Source: Dehalococcoidia bacterium (lineage in GTDB: Bacteria > Chloroflexota > Dehalococcoidia > Lucifugimonadales > UBA2985). From it: a stretch of DNA of 64,000 nt. Shown here piece after piece: positions 18,936 through 28,585 of the stretch (within the stretch, counting starts at the first letter, position 1; each line of letters starts with the position of its first letter). Location of the stretch: positions 94,096-158,095 of the forward strand of contig DAOUKT010000037.1 in the NCBI GenBank assembly GCA_034421015.1, read 5' to 3'. Below the pieces are notes generated by a model that searched no databases, was not told where the DNA came from, and saw only the letters and a program-made list of their open reading frames with translations. The translations under genes were made by a program, and so were the position numbers.

Positions 18936-19601
18936 GTGCTGATAAGGCGAATAGCGTTGCTGCTGGTGGTGTCAGTAGGTGCAAGCGCTACCGGCATCGT
19001 TCTATTGCTGGCCACGGTGTTCGTGGCAAGGGCTTGGTGGACAACGCCGTTTGATGTACTGGGATTCGGCGGCGCTCCTGAACAGCCGGTAGCCTTCCCA
19101 CACACAGTCCACGCCGGCATTGACGTACGCACTGACGCCGACGGCAACCCCAAGCTGGACACTGAAGGCAACGCTATGCAGAGCCTTGGCATGGACTGCA
19201 CATTCTGCCACAGGAACGTGGAAAAAGGAGCGACTGCGGGTGTTCCTGCGGTGGAGCAGTGCCTGTTCTGTCACAAGTCGGTCCAGGGTGAAGAGCTGCC
19301 TGCGGTAGCCGCGCTTGTCGACGCGTGGGAGAACAGGGAGCCGCTTGCATGGGAGCGCGTCCACAGGGTCCCGGACCACGTGCGATTCGTTCACGAGGCC
19401 CACATCAGGTACTTCCTGGCCGTGGGTGAGACTCCCGCCGGCGATCCGGCAATCGTAGCCGCGGACGTCTGCTCCACATGCCACGGGGACGTGGCCGCGA
19501 TGGCAGAGGTCAAACAGGTGCGCAGCCTGAAGATGGGCGACTGCGTGGACTGCCACAGAGACTACAACGCTCCAACGGATTGCACTACCTGCCACTACTA
19601 G
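18936..19601 (+). CDS. actA: Alternative Complex III pentaheme cytochrome c subunit ActA
   Basis: Five CXXCH motifs: CTFCH, CLFCH, CSTCH, CVDCH, CTTCH. N-terminal membrane anchor. GTG start. Confidence 0.85.
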   Translation: MLIRRIALLLVVSVGASATGIVLLLATVFVARAWWTTPFDVLGFGGAPEQPVAFPHTVHAGIDVRTDADGNPKLDTEGNAMQSLGMDCTFCHRNVEKGATAGVPAVEQCLFCHKSVQGEELPAVAALVDAWENREPLAWERVHRVPDHVRFVHEAHIRYFLAVGETPAGDPAIVAADVCSTCHGDVAAMAEVKQVRSLKMGDCVDCHRDYNAPTDCTTCHY

Positions 19602-19616
19602 GATGAGCTCTAAGTC

Positions 19617-21872
19617 ATGGGAATAACCAGAAGACAGTTCTTGAAATGGTCAGGGGTATCGGCGCTGGGAGCCGTGATATTCAACGGCTGCCGCATTCCT
19701 GAGGAAGAGCTTCAGGTTGAAAGCCCCGTCGATCTTCCCGAAGACCTGGTCACAGGCATAGATAACTGGTACGCCACCGTCTGCCGACAGGATCCCGGCG
19801 GCTGCGGCATCATCGTCAGGGTAGTGGAGGGCAGAGCGAAGAAGGTGGAGGGCAACCCGGATTTCCCGGTCAATCGCGGCAAGCACAGCGCTCGCAGCGA
19901 GGCCGGGCTGCAGGCCCTGTACCACCCGGACCGCATCAAGGAGCCCCTCTACAGGGACAACCGCTCCGGCGAGTTCGCACCCATTTCCTGGAGCAGCGCG
20001 AGGGAGATTCTCCTGAGCAGGCTGGAAGGCCTATCGGACAGGAGCAGGTTCCTCCTTGTTACGGAGCCCCTGAGAGGCCACCTAGCGCTTCTCGGCAGCG
20101 AGTTCGTCAAGGCGTACGGCGGCAGGCACATGGCCTTTGAGTCGCTGGAGCAGATAAACCTCCGGAGGGCCGTCAAGGACGTCTTCGGACAGGACAGGCT
20201 GCCGGACTTCGACATTGAGAACACGAACTACCTCTTCTCCTTTGGAGCGGACTTCCTCTCCACCTGGATTTCGCCCGTGAGATACTCCAGGGGCTACGGT
20301 GAGTTCCGGGGTGGAGACAGGAAGCGCGGCACCCACTATCAGGTGGAGTCCCGCTTCTCCATGACCGCAGCCAACGCCGACAAGTGGGTCCCGGTCAGCC
20401 CGGGCGGCGAGGGCGTCCTGGCAATGAGCATGGCCTACGTGATTATCAGGGACAATATGGCCTACGTCGATGCAGCCGAGGCCCTCACCGGCGGACAGGG
20501 TCACGAGGCCCTCAGCGCATTTGCCCCCGACAACCCGGCGGTGATGGAGGCCACGGGCCTGGACAGCGGAAAGATCGAGGACTTGGCCCACTCCTTCGCG
20601 GACCCCGGCCACCAGCCCAGCCTTGCGATAGGCGGCGGCTCGGCAGGAGCCCACAGGAGCGGCCTGTTCAACCTCAAGGCAATCTACTCCCTCAATCTGC
20701 TCGTAAACAACGTGGGCAAGGATGGCGGCGTGATGTTCAATCCGCCACCACCGCTGCCTGAGCTGACCGGGGAGGATGTGATGAACGCGGGAATGCCGGC
20801 CTCGTTTGAGCAGTGGCGCGGCGTTGGCAACTCGGTGGGACTGCTGATGGTGCGGGGCGCAAACCCGGCCCACGGCCTGCCGTCAGGCGCCAACTTCCCG
20901 GCGATTGCCAACGGCGCCGAGTTCGTGGTGGCGTTCTCCAGCGTCCTGGACGAGACCTCCAGCATGGCGAATCTGGTCATCCCGGAGCGCGTCTATCTGG
21001 AGGACTGGGGAGACGACGTCCCGGACCCGGGCCCCCAGTACCAGACTCTCGGCGTGCAGCAGCCTGTGGTCAGGCCTTTCTACGACAACGCCCGCAGCTT
21101 CCCGGACGAGCTGCTGTCCCTGGGAAGCGACCTCAACCTGGGGCTGGAGGAGAGGCTTGGACTCTCCGCCAACCCAACCTTCCAGGACCTGCTCAAGATG
21201 GGAGCGGAAAAGGTCTGGATGGAGAACCGCGGCTCGGTCACGTCGCCCAGCTTCGAGGGATTCTGGAACGGAGTGCTCCAGAGGGGCGGCTGGTGGGATA
21301 CCAGCGCCAAGGGGGAGTCCAGCGTCGCTGAACCTGCGGCCCTGGACACGGCCTGGCCGGAGATCTCCTTCAGCGACCCCGGCGGGAGCACGTTCAACCT
21401 GGTCCCATTCCTTTCAAACTCCATCGCAGACGGGCAGCTGGCGCATCTCCCGTGGCTTCAGGCCACGCCGGACCCCATTACCACCGTCGTGTGGCACACG
21501 TGGGTTGAAATCAACTCCAAGAGGGCGGAGGAGATGGGCATAAGCGAAGGCGATATCCTGGTTGTGCAGTCCCGAAGCGGCTCCGTTGAGGCGCCTGCCT
21601 TCCCCCACCCGGGCGTGCCGCCAAACACGGTCTCCATGCCGATTGGCCAGGGGCATACGGCCCTGGGTCAGTACGCAGAGGGAGTGGGCGCAAACACCTA
21701 TTCGCTGCTGGATGGGGTGACAGACAGGGATACACAGGCCCTGGCTTGGGCCGCAACCAAGGTGAGTGTGAGAAAGGCCGGCAACAGCATAGACATGCCC
21801 AGGTTCGCCGGAAACCAGTTCGCAGAGGAGCCACACAAGGGAATCGTAATCAAAGTGACGGGGCCCAGCTAG
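19617..21872 (+). CDS. actB: ACIII subunit ActB1 (molybdopterin-oxidoreductase-like, Tat signal)
   Basis: MGITRRQFLKWSGVSALGA Tat signal. 751 aa with the Mo-bisPGD-family fold, in the position after actA. Confidence 0.85.
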   Translation: MGITRRQFLKWSGVSALGAVIFNGCRIPEEELQVESPVDLPEDLVTGIDNWYATVCRQDPGGCGIIVRVVEGRAKKVEGNPDFPVNRGKHSARSEAGLQALYHPDRIKEPLYRDNRSGEFAPISWSSAREILLSRLEGLSDRSRFLLVTEPLRGHLALLGSEFVKAYGGRHMAFESLEQINLRRAVKDVFGQDRLPDFDIENTNYLFSFGADFLSTWISPVRYSRGYGEFRGGDRKRGTHYQVESRFSMTAANADKWVPVSPGGEGVLAMSMAYVIIRDNMAYVDAAEALTGGQGHEALSAFAPDNPAVMEATGLDSGKIEDLAHSFADPGHQPSLAIGGGSAGAHRSGLFNLKAIYSLNLLVNNVGKDGGVMFNPPPPLPELTGEDVMNAGMPASFEQWRGVGNSVGLLMVRGANPAHGLPSGANFPAIANGAEFVVAFSSVLDETSSMANLVIPERVYLEDWGDDVPDPGPQYQTLGVQQPVVRPFYDNARSFPDELLSLGSDLNLGLEERLGLSANPTFQDLLKMGAEKVWMENRGSVTSPSFEGFWNGVLQRGGWWDTSAKGESSVAEPAALDTAWPEISFSDPGGSTFNLVPFLSNSIADGQLAHLPWLQATPDPITTVVWHTWVEINSKRAEEMGISEGDILVVQSRSGSVEAPAFPHPGVPPNTVSMPIGQGHTALGQYAEGVGANTYSLLDGVTDRDTQALAWAATKVSVRKAGNSIDMPRFAGNQFAEEPHKGIVIKVTGPS

Positions 21873-21894
21873 ACAGGCGAGGCTTAGGAGAAAC

Positions 21895-22662
21895 ATGGTC
21901 CAGAGTCGAATAGATCACAAATGGGGCATGGTGGTGGACATCGACAGGTGCACCGGGTGCCAGGCGTGCGTCGTGGCGTGCCAGGCGGAAAACAACATCC
22001 CGCTGAACACCGAAGACAGGTTCCGCCAGAGGCGCGCCATCGAGTGGATCCACGTGGAGCGGTACTGGGAAGGGGAGTTCCCCGACGTGAAGGCCAGGTT
22101 TATTCCCATCCTGTGCCAGCACTGCGAGAACGCCCCCTGCGAGCCGGTCTGCCCCGTCTACGCGACATACCACAATAACCAGGGACTGAACGTACAGGTC
22201 TACAACCGCTGCGTGGGCACTCGCTACTGCGCGAACAACTGCCCCTACCAGGTGAGATTCTTCAACTTCTGGGAGCCGGTCTGGCCGGAGACCCTGAGGA
22301 ACCAGCTGAACCCGGACGTGACGGTGCGCAGCCGGGGCATCATGGAGAAGTGCAGCTTCAACGTCCAGCGTCTGCGAAGGGCCGAGCGGGTGATTGAGCG
22401 GCAGGAGGGAGGCAGGATCACGGACGAGGACCTGAAGATGGGCAACTACCTTCCGGCCTGCGTCCAGGCGTGCCCAACGAACACTCTGGTGTTCGGAGAC
22501 TTCAACGACCCGGACAGCAAGGTGTCCAGGATGAAGGACGAGCACTACCACGAAGGCGGCAGGGGTTACAAGCTCCTGGACTTCCTTGGGACCGAGCCAA
22601 ACGTAATCTATCTGAGCAAGATAGACAAGGACGCTACGGATTCGGGTGACGGACATGCGTGA
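21895..22662 (+). CDS. actB: ACIII subunit ActB2 (4Fe-4S ferredoxin-type Fe-S protein), encoded as a separate ORF
   Basis: CTGCQACVVAC, CQHCENAPCEPVCP, CVGTRYCANNCPY and CVQACP cluster motifs. aggag RBS 7 nt before the ATG. Confidence 0.85.
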   Translation: MVQSRIDHKWGMVVDIDRCTGCQACVVACQAENNIPLNTEDRFRQRRAIEWIHVERYWEGEFPDVKARFIPILCQHCENAPCEPVCPVYATYHNNQGLNVQVYNRCVGTRYCANNCPYQVRFFNFWEPVWPETLRNQLNPDVTVRSRGIMEKCSFNVQRLRRAERVIERQEGGRITDEDLKMGNYLPACVQACPTNTLVFGDFNDPDSKVSRMKDEHYHEGGRGYKLLDFLGTEPNVIYLSKIDKDATDSGDGHA

Positions 22663-24025
22663 ACTCCACAAGATGCCAGAGCCGGCGCTCCTGAACATGA
22701 CGCCTCAGTCCATAACTGAGGATACGCTCAACAGGCATGCGTCCGCAGGCTCCAAGTTCTGGCTCATAGCGGCCGTTCTTGCCGGGCTCCTGGCGCTGGG
22801 TGTGGTCGGGTTCTTCATGCTCCTTGGCGAAGGGTTTGACGACCGCGCCGCGTGGGGTTACTACGCCGCGACCTTCGCCTACGTTTTCTCAGTCTCCCAA
22901 TCGGCGGTGCTGGTGTCGGTGGCCCTGCGAATGGCCAAGGCCCACTGGCGAAGGCCGCTTTCGAGGGTATCGGAGCTATTTGCGGCGGTCGGCATCTTCG
23001 CATTCCTGATGATGCTGCCCCTCCTGTGGGTGCTGCCCTCCCTGGAAAACCGGAGAAGCCTCTGGTTTGATGCGCCGATCTACAGCCCCCACGTGTGGGA
23101 CACAATCGCAATGGGCCTGCTGGTGGTTTGCGGCCTGGGACTGCTGTACTTCGCCGCGATTCCCGACCTGGCGACCATCCGGGACAACGGCGGGAAGAGG
23201 CAGGGCCTCTACAGGATGCTTGCCCGCAACTGGGCAGGAACCCGCAAGCAGTGGAAGGCGCTCCACGCCGGAATCGGGACCCTGGGCGGCTTCTACTTCA
23301 TGTTCCTCATCTTTGTCCACATGATGATAAGCGTAGACTTCTCCATGAGCCTGGTTCCGGGCTGGAAGGACGCCATCTACCCGGCCTATCATGGCCTGAG
23401 CGGACTGCAGTCGGCGGTGGCTGTGGTCCTGGTTACCATGTTCGTTCTCAGAAAATGGGGAGGCCTGAGCAGCTACATTGAGGTGGACCAGTTCTGGGGC
23501 CTGAGCAAGCTGCTCCTCGCTCTGTCGCTCCTGTGGTTCTACTTCTGGTGGGCGAGCTTCTTCACCTACTGGTACGGACGCACGCCGGCTGAACAGGCAG
23601 TGCTCAAGCTCCTCATGTTCGAAAGCTACAGGCCGGCCTTCTTCGCGGCGTTCTTCCTGTGCTTCCCCATACCCTTCTTGGTGCTCATGTGGAACGTGGT
23701 GCGCAAGACCGACTGGGGCCCTTCGCTGGCAGGCGTCATTGTCCTGGTTGGCACGTTCTTCAACATGGTGCGACTCTACGTCCCGGCCTTCTCAGTCGAA
23801 GACCCGACGCTTCATGCCCTTGAGCACGTGCCACCTGCGGTCATGCCCGGCCTGCCGGACGTGCTGGTGATAGTGGGTGGTCTGGGCGGAGCGGCGCTGT
23901 TCTACATGCTGGCGACCCGCATCTTCCCGGTTACAAACATCTGGGAGTTGAAGGAGGGCCTGCTCCTCCAGCGGGTTAAGACACTACTGAAGACAGAGGT
24001 GAGGGTGCTCGCCAAGCCCGAGTAG
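22655..24025 (+). CDS. ACIII NrfD/PsrC-like integral membrane subunit (ActF-like or ActC-like paralogue 1)
   Basis: About 456 aa and polytopic. ATG 22655 overlaps the actB2 stop (ATGCGTGA); an alternative GTG lies at 22646. Paralogous to the next ORF. Confidence 0.75.
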   Translation: MRELHKMPEPALLNMTPQSITEDTLNRHASAGSKFWLIAAVLAGLLALGVVGFFMLLGEGFDDRAAWGYYAATFAYVFSVSQSAVLVSVALRMAKAHWRRPLSRVSELFAAVGIFAFLMMLPLLWVLPSLENRRSLWFDAPIYSPHVWDTIAMGLLVVCGLGLLYFAAIPDLATIRDNGGKRQGLYRMLARNWAGTRKQWKALHAGIGTLGGFYFMFLIFVHMMISVDFSMSLVPGWKDAIYPAYHGLSGLQSAVAVVLVTMFVLRKWGGLSSYIEVDQFWGLSKLLLALSLLWFYFWWASFFTYWYGRTPAEQAVLKLLMFESYRPAFFAAFFLCFPIPFLVLMWNVVRKTDWGPSLAGVIVLVGTFFNMVRLYVPAFSVEDPTLHALEHVPPAVMPGLPDVLVIVGGLGGAALFYMLATRIFPVTNIWELKEGLLLQRVKTLLKTEVRVLAKPE

Positions 24026-24081
24026 GGGGCTATGGCAGGACTTGAACTACGATGGCCAAAGAGCAACTAGGAGATTAGAGG

Positions 24082-25458
24082 ATGCAGGAAAGAGTTAGGC
24101 TCACTGACGCCGAGATCAACCGTGACCTTCTCCGTTCCATTATGGAGAATCCACTGTGGTACTGGCTGCTGGTGGGCGCGCTTGGGTCGATAGTCCTGGT
24201 GGCCTTTGGCGCCGCGGCGTACATGTTCAACCAGGGTCTGGGAGTGACCGGACTCAACCGCCCGGTGATGTGGGGCTTTTTCATCACCAACTTCGTGTTC
24301 TGGATCGGCATCAGCCACGCCGGAGTGATGCTCTCAGCAATACTCCGACTGGCGCAGGCCGAGTGGCGGCGACCTGCCACTCGCGCCGCCGAGGTGCTCA
24401 CGGTCTTCTCACTGATGACTGCGATGCTGATGCCTCTGATACACGCCGGCAGGCCCTGGCGCGTATTCTACTGGGTCTTCCCGTTCGACTGGGCAAGGGG
24501 AATCTACCCCAACGTCCGATCAGCCCTGGTCTGGGACCCGGCCGCGGTCTTCACGTACCTGACCAGCAGCATCCTGTTTGTGTACATAGCTCTTGTGCCT
24601 GACCTGGCGGTCGCCAGGGACAGGACCACCGGCTGGCGCCACATCATGTACTCGATCCTGGCCCTGGGATGGCGCGGAAGCGTCCGGCAGTGGAAGCTGC
24701 AGCTCATCGCAGGCATACTCCTGTCCGCCATCATCCTTCCCATATTCGTCTCAGTGCACAGCATTGTGTCGTGGGACTTCGGCATGGCGGTGGCCGTCGA
24801 AGGCTGGCACAGCACGGTCTTCGCTCCCTACTTCGTTATCGGAGCCGTCCACTCAGGCGTGTCCGGCGTGGTCACGGTCATGATCGTCCTCCGGTCAATC
24901 TTCAAGTGGCAGGACTACATCCGCTACGAGCACCTGGACGCGCTGGCGAAGCTGCTCATCGTCGTGGCAACGGCCTGGCTCTTCTTCTTCGTGCTGGAGT
25001 TCTTCTTCGGCCTGTACAGCGAGGAAGCCCCGGAGATAGCGCTCCGCGAGATGCAGGTGTTCCAGATGCCCTGGGCGGCCTACTTCGCCACCTTCCTGAT
25101 AGCGTCATATTTCATTCCCGTTCCACTGTGGCTATTCAAGAAAGTGCGACGGAGCATAGGATGGATGCTCTTCACCACAATACTAGTCAACATAGGCATG
25201 TGGCTGGAGAGGTTCATCATCATCGTGCCCAGCCTGGCGAGGAAGCAGAACTTCAGCTTCACGTGGGGCGGCTACACGCCCAGCGCAGTCGAGGTCATCA
25301 TCATAGGCGCCACGTTCGCAATGGTGTCGATGCTGGTGCTTCTCTTCGCCAAGGTGTTCCCGCTCATCCCGATAGGGGACACCAAAGAGGGCGTGGTGCT
25401 GGAAGACTCAATTCAAGTTGGCAAGGTATCAGTCCCCGCAATAGTGCGGGAGGATTAA
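24082..25458 (+). CDS. actC: ACIII NrfD/PsrC-like quinol-interacting membrane subunit (ActC-like; directly precedes actD)
   Basis: 458 aa. GLNRPVMWGFFITNFVFWIGISHAGVMLSAILRL is the typical NrfD-family N-terminal motif. Confidence 0.8.
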   Translation: MQERVRLTDAEINRDLLRSIMENPLWYWLLVGALGSIVLVAFGAAAYMFNQGLGVTGLNRPVMWGFFITNFVFWIGISHAGVMLSAILRLAQAEWRRPATRAAEVLTVFSLMTAMLMPLIHAGRPWRVFYWVFPFDWARGIYPNVRSALVWDPAAVFTYLTSSILFVYIALVPDLAVARDRTTGWRHIMYSILALGWRGSVRQWKLQLIAGILLSAIILPIFVSVHSIVSWDFGMAVAVEGWHSTVFAPYFVIGAVHSGVSGVVTVMIVLRSIFKWQDYIRYEHLDALAKLLIVVATAWLFFFVLEFFFGLYSEEAPEIALREMQVFQMPWAAYFATFLIASYFIPVPLWLFKKVRRSIGWMLFTTILVNIGMWLERFIIIVPSLARKQNFSFTWGGYTPSAVEVIIIGATFAMVSMLVLLFAKVFPLIPIGDTKEGVVLEDSIQVGKVSVPAIVRED

Positions 25459-25477
25459 ACCTACTCGGAGGTCCTTT

Positions 25478-26008
25478 ATGGCCGATAGACACATACTAGG
25501 TCTCTTCAGCGACGCTGCGACGGCGGCAGACGCCACGGACGTGCTTCTGGAGGCTGGATGCGCCCAGGAGGACTACGACGTCCTCACCGGCAGTCCTTAC
25601 CCGGAAGGCGCATTCGGCGAGAAGACCCCTTCACACCACGTGTACGTGTTCCCGATTGTGGGCGCGCTCATGGGCCTGACAACGGCGGTGCTCCTGACCT
25701 CCGGCACCCAGATTGCATACCCCCTGGTCACGGGCGGCAAGCCCATCCTGGCCCTACCCGCCATGACCATCATTGCCTACGAAGGCACACTGCTGGGCGC
25801 AGTTATCTTCACCATCCTGGGCATCATCTTCGAGTCCCGGCTGCCAAGGCCCAGGCTGGACCCGTACGACCCGCGAATCACGGAGGGCTACATCGGGCTG
25901 ATCGTCAAGTGCCCTGAGGAGAGATTGGACACCGTAGACCAGGCTCTGCGCCGCGGCAATGCTGCGGACGTAATCCACGAGCGAGGTCGTCCGTTTTGGA
26001 TGCCGTAA
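25478..26008 (+). CDS. actD: ACIII subunit ActD (DUF3341-like)
   Basis: 176 aa. Soluble N-terminal domain (ILGLFSDAATAADATDVLLEAG) followed by two TM helices. Confidence 0.75.
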   Translation: MADRHILGLFSDAATAADATDVLLEAGCAQEDYDVLTGSPYPEGAFGEKTPSHHVYVFPIVGALMGLTTAVLLTSGTQIAYPLVTGGKPILALPAMTIIAYEGTLLGAVIFTILGIIFESRLPRPRLDPYDPRITEGYIGLIVKCPEERLDTVDQALRRGNAADVIHERGRPFWMP

Positions 26009-26619
26009 TGAGTTCATTGAGCGGGAAGGCGCGACCCACCTTGAGAAGGCCGTTACCGGGGCTGACGCTGGCAGCTCTTCTGCTGGCAGTCGCCGCCCTG
26101 GGATGCCTGCCGTGGGGCAGGGGAGCCTATCAGGTGGACATATTCGGAGAGATGCACTACTCCCAGGTGTATCGCTCCCAGGAGCCGCCCCGTCTCTACC
26201 CGCCGGAGGGCGCCATGCCGTTCAAACAGGTCGGCGACGGCACCCTTGATGTCCACCAGATGATGGCCATGGACGGCACGGCGGAGACCATGGCCCTGGG
26301 AGAGAAGCTGTACGCGGTCAATTGCGCAGTCTGCCACGGCGCTGCCGGAGCGGGCGACGGCGCAATGAGTCCCTTCCTGCTGAAGTGGAGCGCCCTTGCT
26401 CCGCCGGACCTCAGAGCCGATACGACCGTGAACCGGACGGACGAGGTGCTCTTTGGGCTGATATCAGAGGGCGGAGCCACCAAGCTCACCTTCGCCGAGG
26501 CGGGCGTTGAGGCCGCTCCGGCGGTCGACCGCACAATCTCAATGCCGGTCTTCCGGAAGCTCCTCACAGAAGAGGAGCGATGGGCTCTGGTACACTACGT
26601 GAGAGCGTTGCAGAACTAG
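26008..26619 (+). CDS. actE: ACIII monoheme cytochrome c subunit ActE (lipoprotein-type signal)
   Basis: Single CAVCHG heme motif. Signal LLAVAALGC. ATG 26008 overlaps the actD stop (TAATG); the ORF-track alternative is TTG 25996. Confidence 0.75.
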   Translation: MSSLSGKARPTLRRPLPGLTLAALLLAVAALGCLPWGRGAYQVDIFGEMHYSQVYRSQEPPRLYPPEGAMPFKQVGDGTLDVHQMMAMDGTAETMALGEKLYAVNCAVCHGAAGAGDGAMSPFLLKWSALAPPDLRADTTVNRTDEVLFGLISEGGATKLTFAEAGVEAAPAVDRTISMPVFRKLLTEEERWALVHYVRALQN

Positions 26620-26652
26620 CATCAGCTACCCACACTGAATCCTGGTACTAAT

Positions 26653-26686
26653 GAACCGCCCCTCAAGAGGGGCGGTTCACCTTTCC
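26653..26686 (+). terminator. Terminator hairpin after the ACIII operon
   Basis: gaaccgcccct caag aggggcggttc (11-bp stem) followed by acctttcc, a weak U tract. Confidence 0.55.
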
Positions 26687-26796
26687 GGGCCGCTTGGTAA
26701 ACCTCGTTTCAAGCAACCCAAGGCTGCTGTACTACAGCTTGGCAAGCGCGCCGAAATCAGGGATACTCACAGCAGACTGCAGAAATCGAGTGCAAG

Positions 26797-28068
26797 ATGC
26801 AGACCTCCGCAACCCAACGCCGCACACGTCTCCAGGTATTCACGGCTTTAAGGCATTCAGGCTTCCGCCGTTTCTGGACGGGCATGGTGGCCTCCGTCCT
26901 GGGCTTCCAGATAATGACGGTAGCCCAGGGCTGGCTCATCTACGACCTGACGGACTCGGAGCTGGCCTTGGGCTACGTGGGGCTGGCCGCGGGGCTGCCG
27001 GCAATAGTCCTGAACCTCTTCGGCGGCGTGATTGCCGACAGGGTAAACCAGCGCATCCTCTTGATGATCACTCAGGTGATCTCAAGCCTGGGTATGCTTG
27101 CCCTTGCCGTGCTCACCCTGATGGGCCTGGTTGAGCCCTGGCACATCATCGCCAGCGCCTTCCTCATCGGGTCGGTGCAGGCGTTTGACACACCCACAAG
27201 GCAGGCGCTCTTCCCCCACCTCATTGAACGGGAGGACATGCTGAACGCTGTGGCCCTCAACTCAATGGTGTGGCAGGGTACGCGGGTCATCGGGCCGGCC
27301 ATTGGCGGCGTCATCATCGGCACTAGGCTGGGAGTGTCACCCGGCTTCTTCGCTCCGTTCCTCGGATTCCTGACGATGGCCGTCATGGTCTCCACACTGC
27401 GACTGCCTCCAATCAAGCGCGCCGGGAGCGGCTCTTTCCTCCACGACATGGCCCAGGGCGTCAACTTCGTCCGCACCAACTCCATCTTCGCCTTTCTGAT
27501 TGGGATGACATTTTTCAACAGCATCTTCGGAATGTCCTACATATTCATGCTGCCCGTCTTTGCCAGGGACATCTTCGAGGTGGGCAGCGCCGGTCTGGGC
27601 ATACTTCACGCGGTCTCGGGCGTGGGCGCATTACTGGGCACCCTGATAACCGCCTCCCTGGGCAATGTCCGGCACAAGGGGCTGCTGATCCTGGGGGGCG
27701 CAGTGCTGTTCGGAGCATCCCTGATGCTCTTCGCTGCCGCAGGCTCCGTCCTTGTATTCTTCCCATTGAGCCTGGTCTTCATCTTCTTTGCAGGCGTGAG
27801 CGCGTCAATGTACATGATCACCATAATGAGCACCCTGCAGCTGATGGTTCCCAACGAGCTCCGAGGCCGTGTCATGGGCATCTACGGGATGACGTGGAGC
27901 CTCCTGCCGGTGGGAGCGATGCAGTCCGGGGCCATTGCCGAGTACACCAGCGCGCCCCTGGCCGTCGCCGTAGGAGGCGGGGCCGTCATCCTCTTTGCCG
28001 TCGTGATGGGGCTGGGCAACCGTCGAGTACGGACCCTCAGCGGAGAGCCGGAGGCAGTCCACGCCTGA
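26797..28068 (+). CDS. MFS transporter (EntS/MFS_3-like), distant paralogue of 15878..17134
   Basis: 423 aa, about 12 TM segments. [14 protein letters not shown] loop motif. Confidence 0.8.
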   Translation: MQTSATQRRTRLQVFTALRHSGFRRFWTGMVASVLGFQIMTVAQGWLIYDLTDSELALGYVGLAAGLPAIVLNLFGGVIADRVNQRILLMITQVISSLGMLALAVLTLMGLVEPWHIIASAFLIGSVQAFDTPTRQALFPHLIEREDMLNAVALNSMVWQGTRVIGPAIGGVIIGTRLGVSPGFFAPFLGFLTMAVMVSTLRLPPIKRAGSGSFLHDMAQGVNFVRTNSIFAFLIGMTFFNSIFGMSYIFMLPVFARDIFEVGSAGLGILHAVSGVGALLGTLITASLGNVRHKGLLILGGAVLFGASLMLFAAAGSVLVFFPLSLVFIFFAGVSASMYMITIMSTLQLMVPNELRGRVMGIYGMTWSLLPVGAMQSGAIAEYTSAPLAVAVGGGAVILFAVVMGLGNRRVRTLSGEPEAVHA

Positions 28069-28186
28069 CGGCGAAACGCCCCCAATTCGTCCCCAATTGA
28101 CTTGCTCTTCCAGGACACGGCCTGTACAATACCAGACGGCTTTCTTCAAGAGCAGAGAACCAGCGCAAGCGCAGAAGGACACCATC

Positions 28187-28534
28187 ATGGACTTAGACAC
28201 CCTTATCCCCCTTGAGGAGAACCCCAAGATTGAGGAGTTCAGGCCGGGGGACACCGTCAAGGTAACTATCAAGGTGAGGGAAGGGGAGCGGGAGCGGCTC
28301 CAGGCGTTTCAGGGAGCGGTCATCCGCAAGCGAGGCGGCGGGCCCGGGTCCACGTTCACCGTGCGCCGCGTCTCCCACGGCATCGGCGTTGAGCGAACTT
28401 TCGCCTACTACTCTCCCGTTGTTGACTCCGTGGAGGTTGTCCGCAGAGGAAAGGTCCGACGCGCCCGCCTGTACTACCTGCGAGGACGCCACGGCCGGGC
28501 GGCCCGGATCAAGGAAGACAGGAACCGGTCCTAG
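28187..28534 (+). CDS. rplS: 50S ribosomal protein L19
   Basis: ATG 28187 inside ORF 28097..28534. [33 protein letters not shown]...TFTVRR...GVERTF...[14 protein letters not shown]. Confidence 0.9.
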   Translation: MDLDTLIPLEENPKIEEFRPGDTVKVTIKVREGERERLQAFQGAVIRKRGGGPGSTFTVRRVSHGIGVERTFAYYSPVVDSVEVVRRGKVRRARLYYLRGRHGRAARIKEDRNRS

Positions 28535-28585
28535 GGAGTAGCCCGACCCTCAGTCCTCTCCGGCCAGGCGCAGGTCGACCACAAG

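Noticed and set aside
15878-28068. Two MFS_3-type transporters in opposite orientation flanking the ACIII region; considered as inverted-repeat boundaries of a mobile unit
   Set aside because: The similarity is only distant and at the protein level. No nucleotide-level inverted repeats, no mobility genes, and the interior has native GC apart from the small islet at 17.3-18.9 kb.
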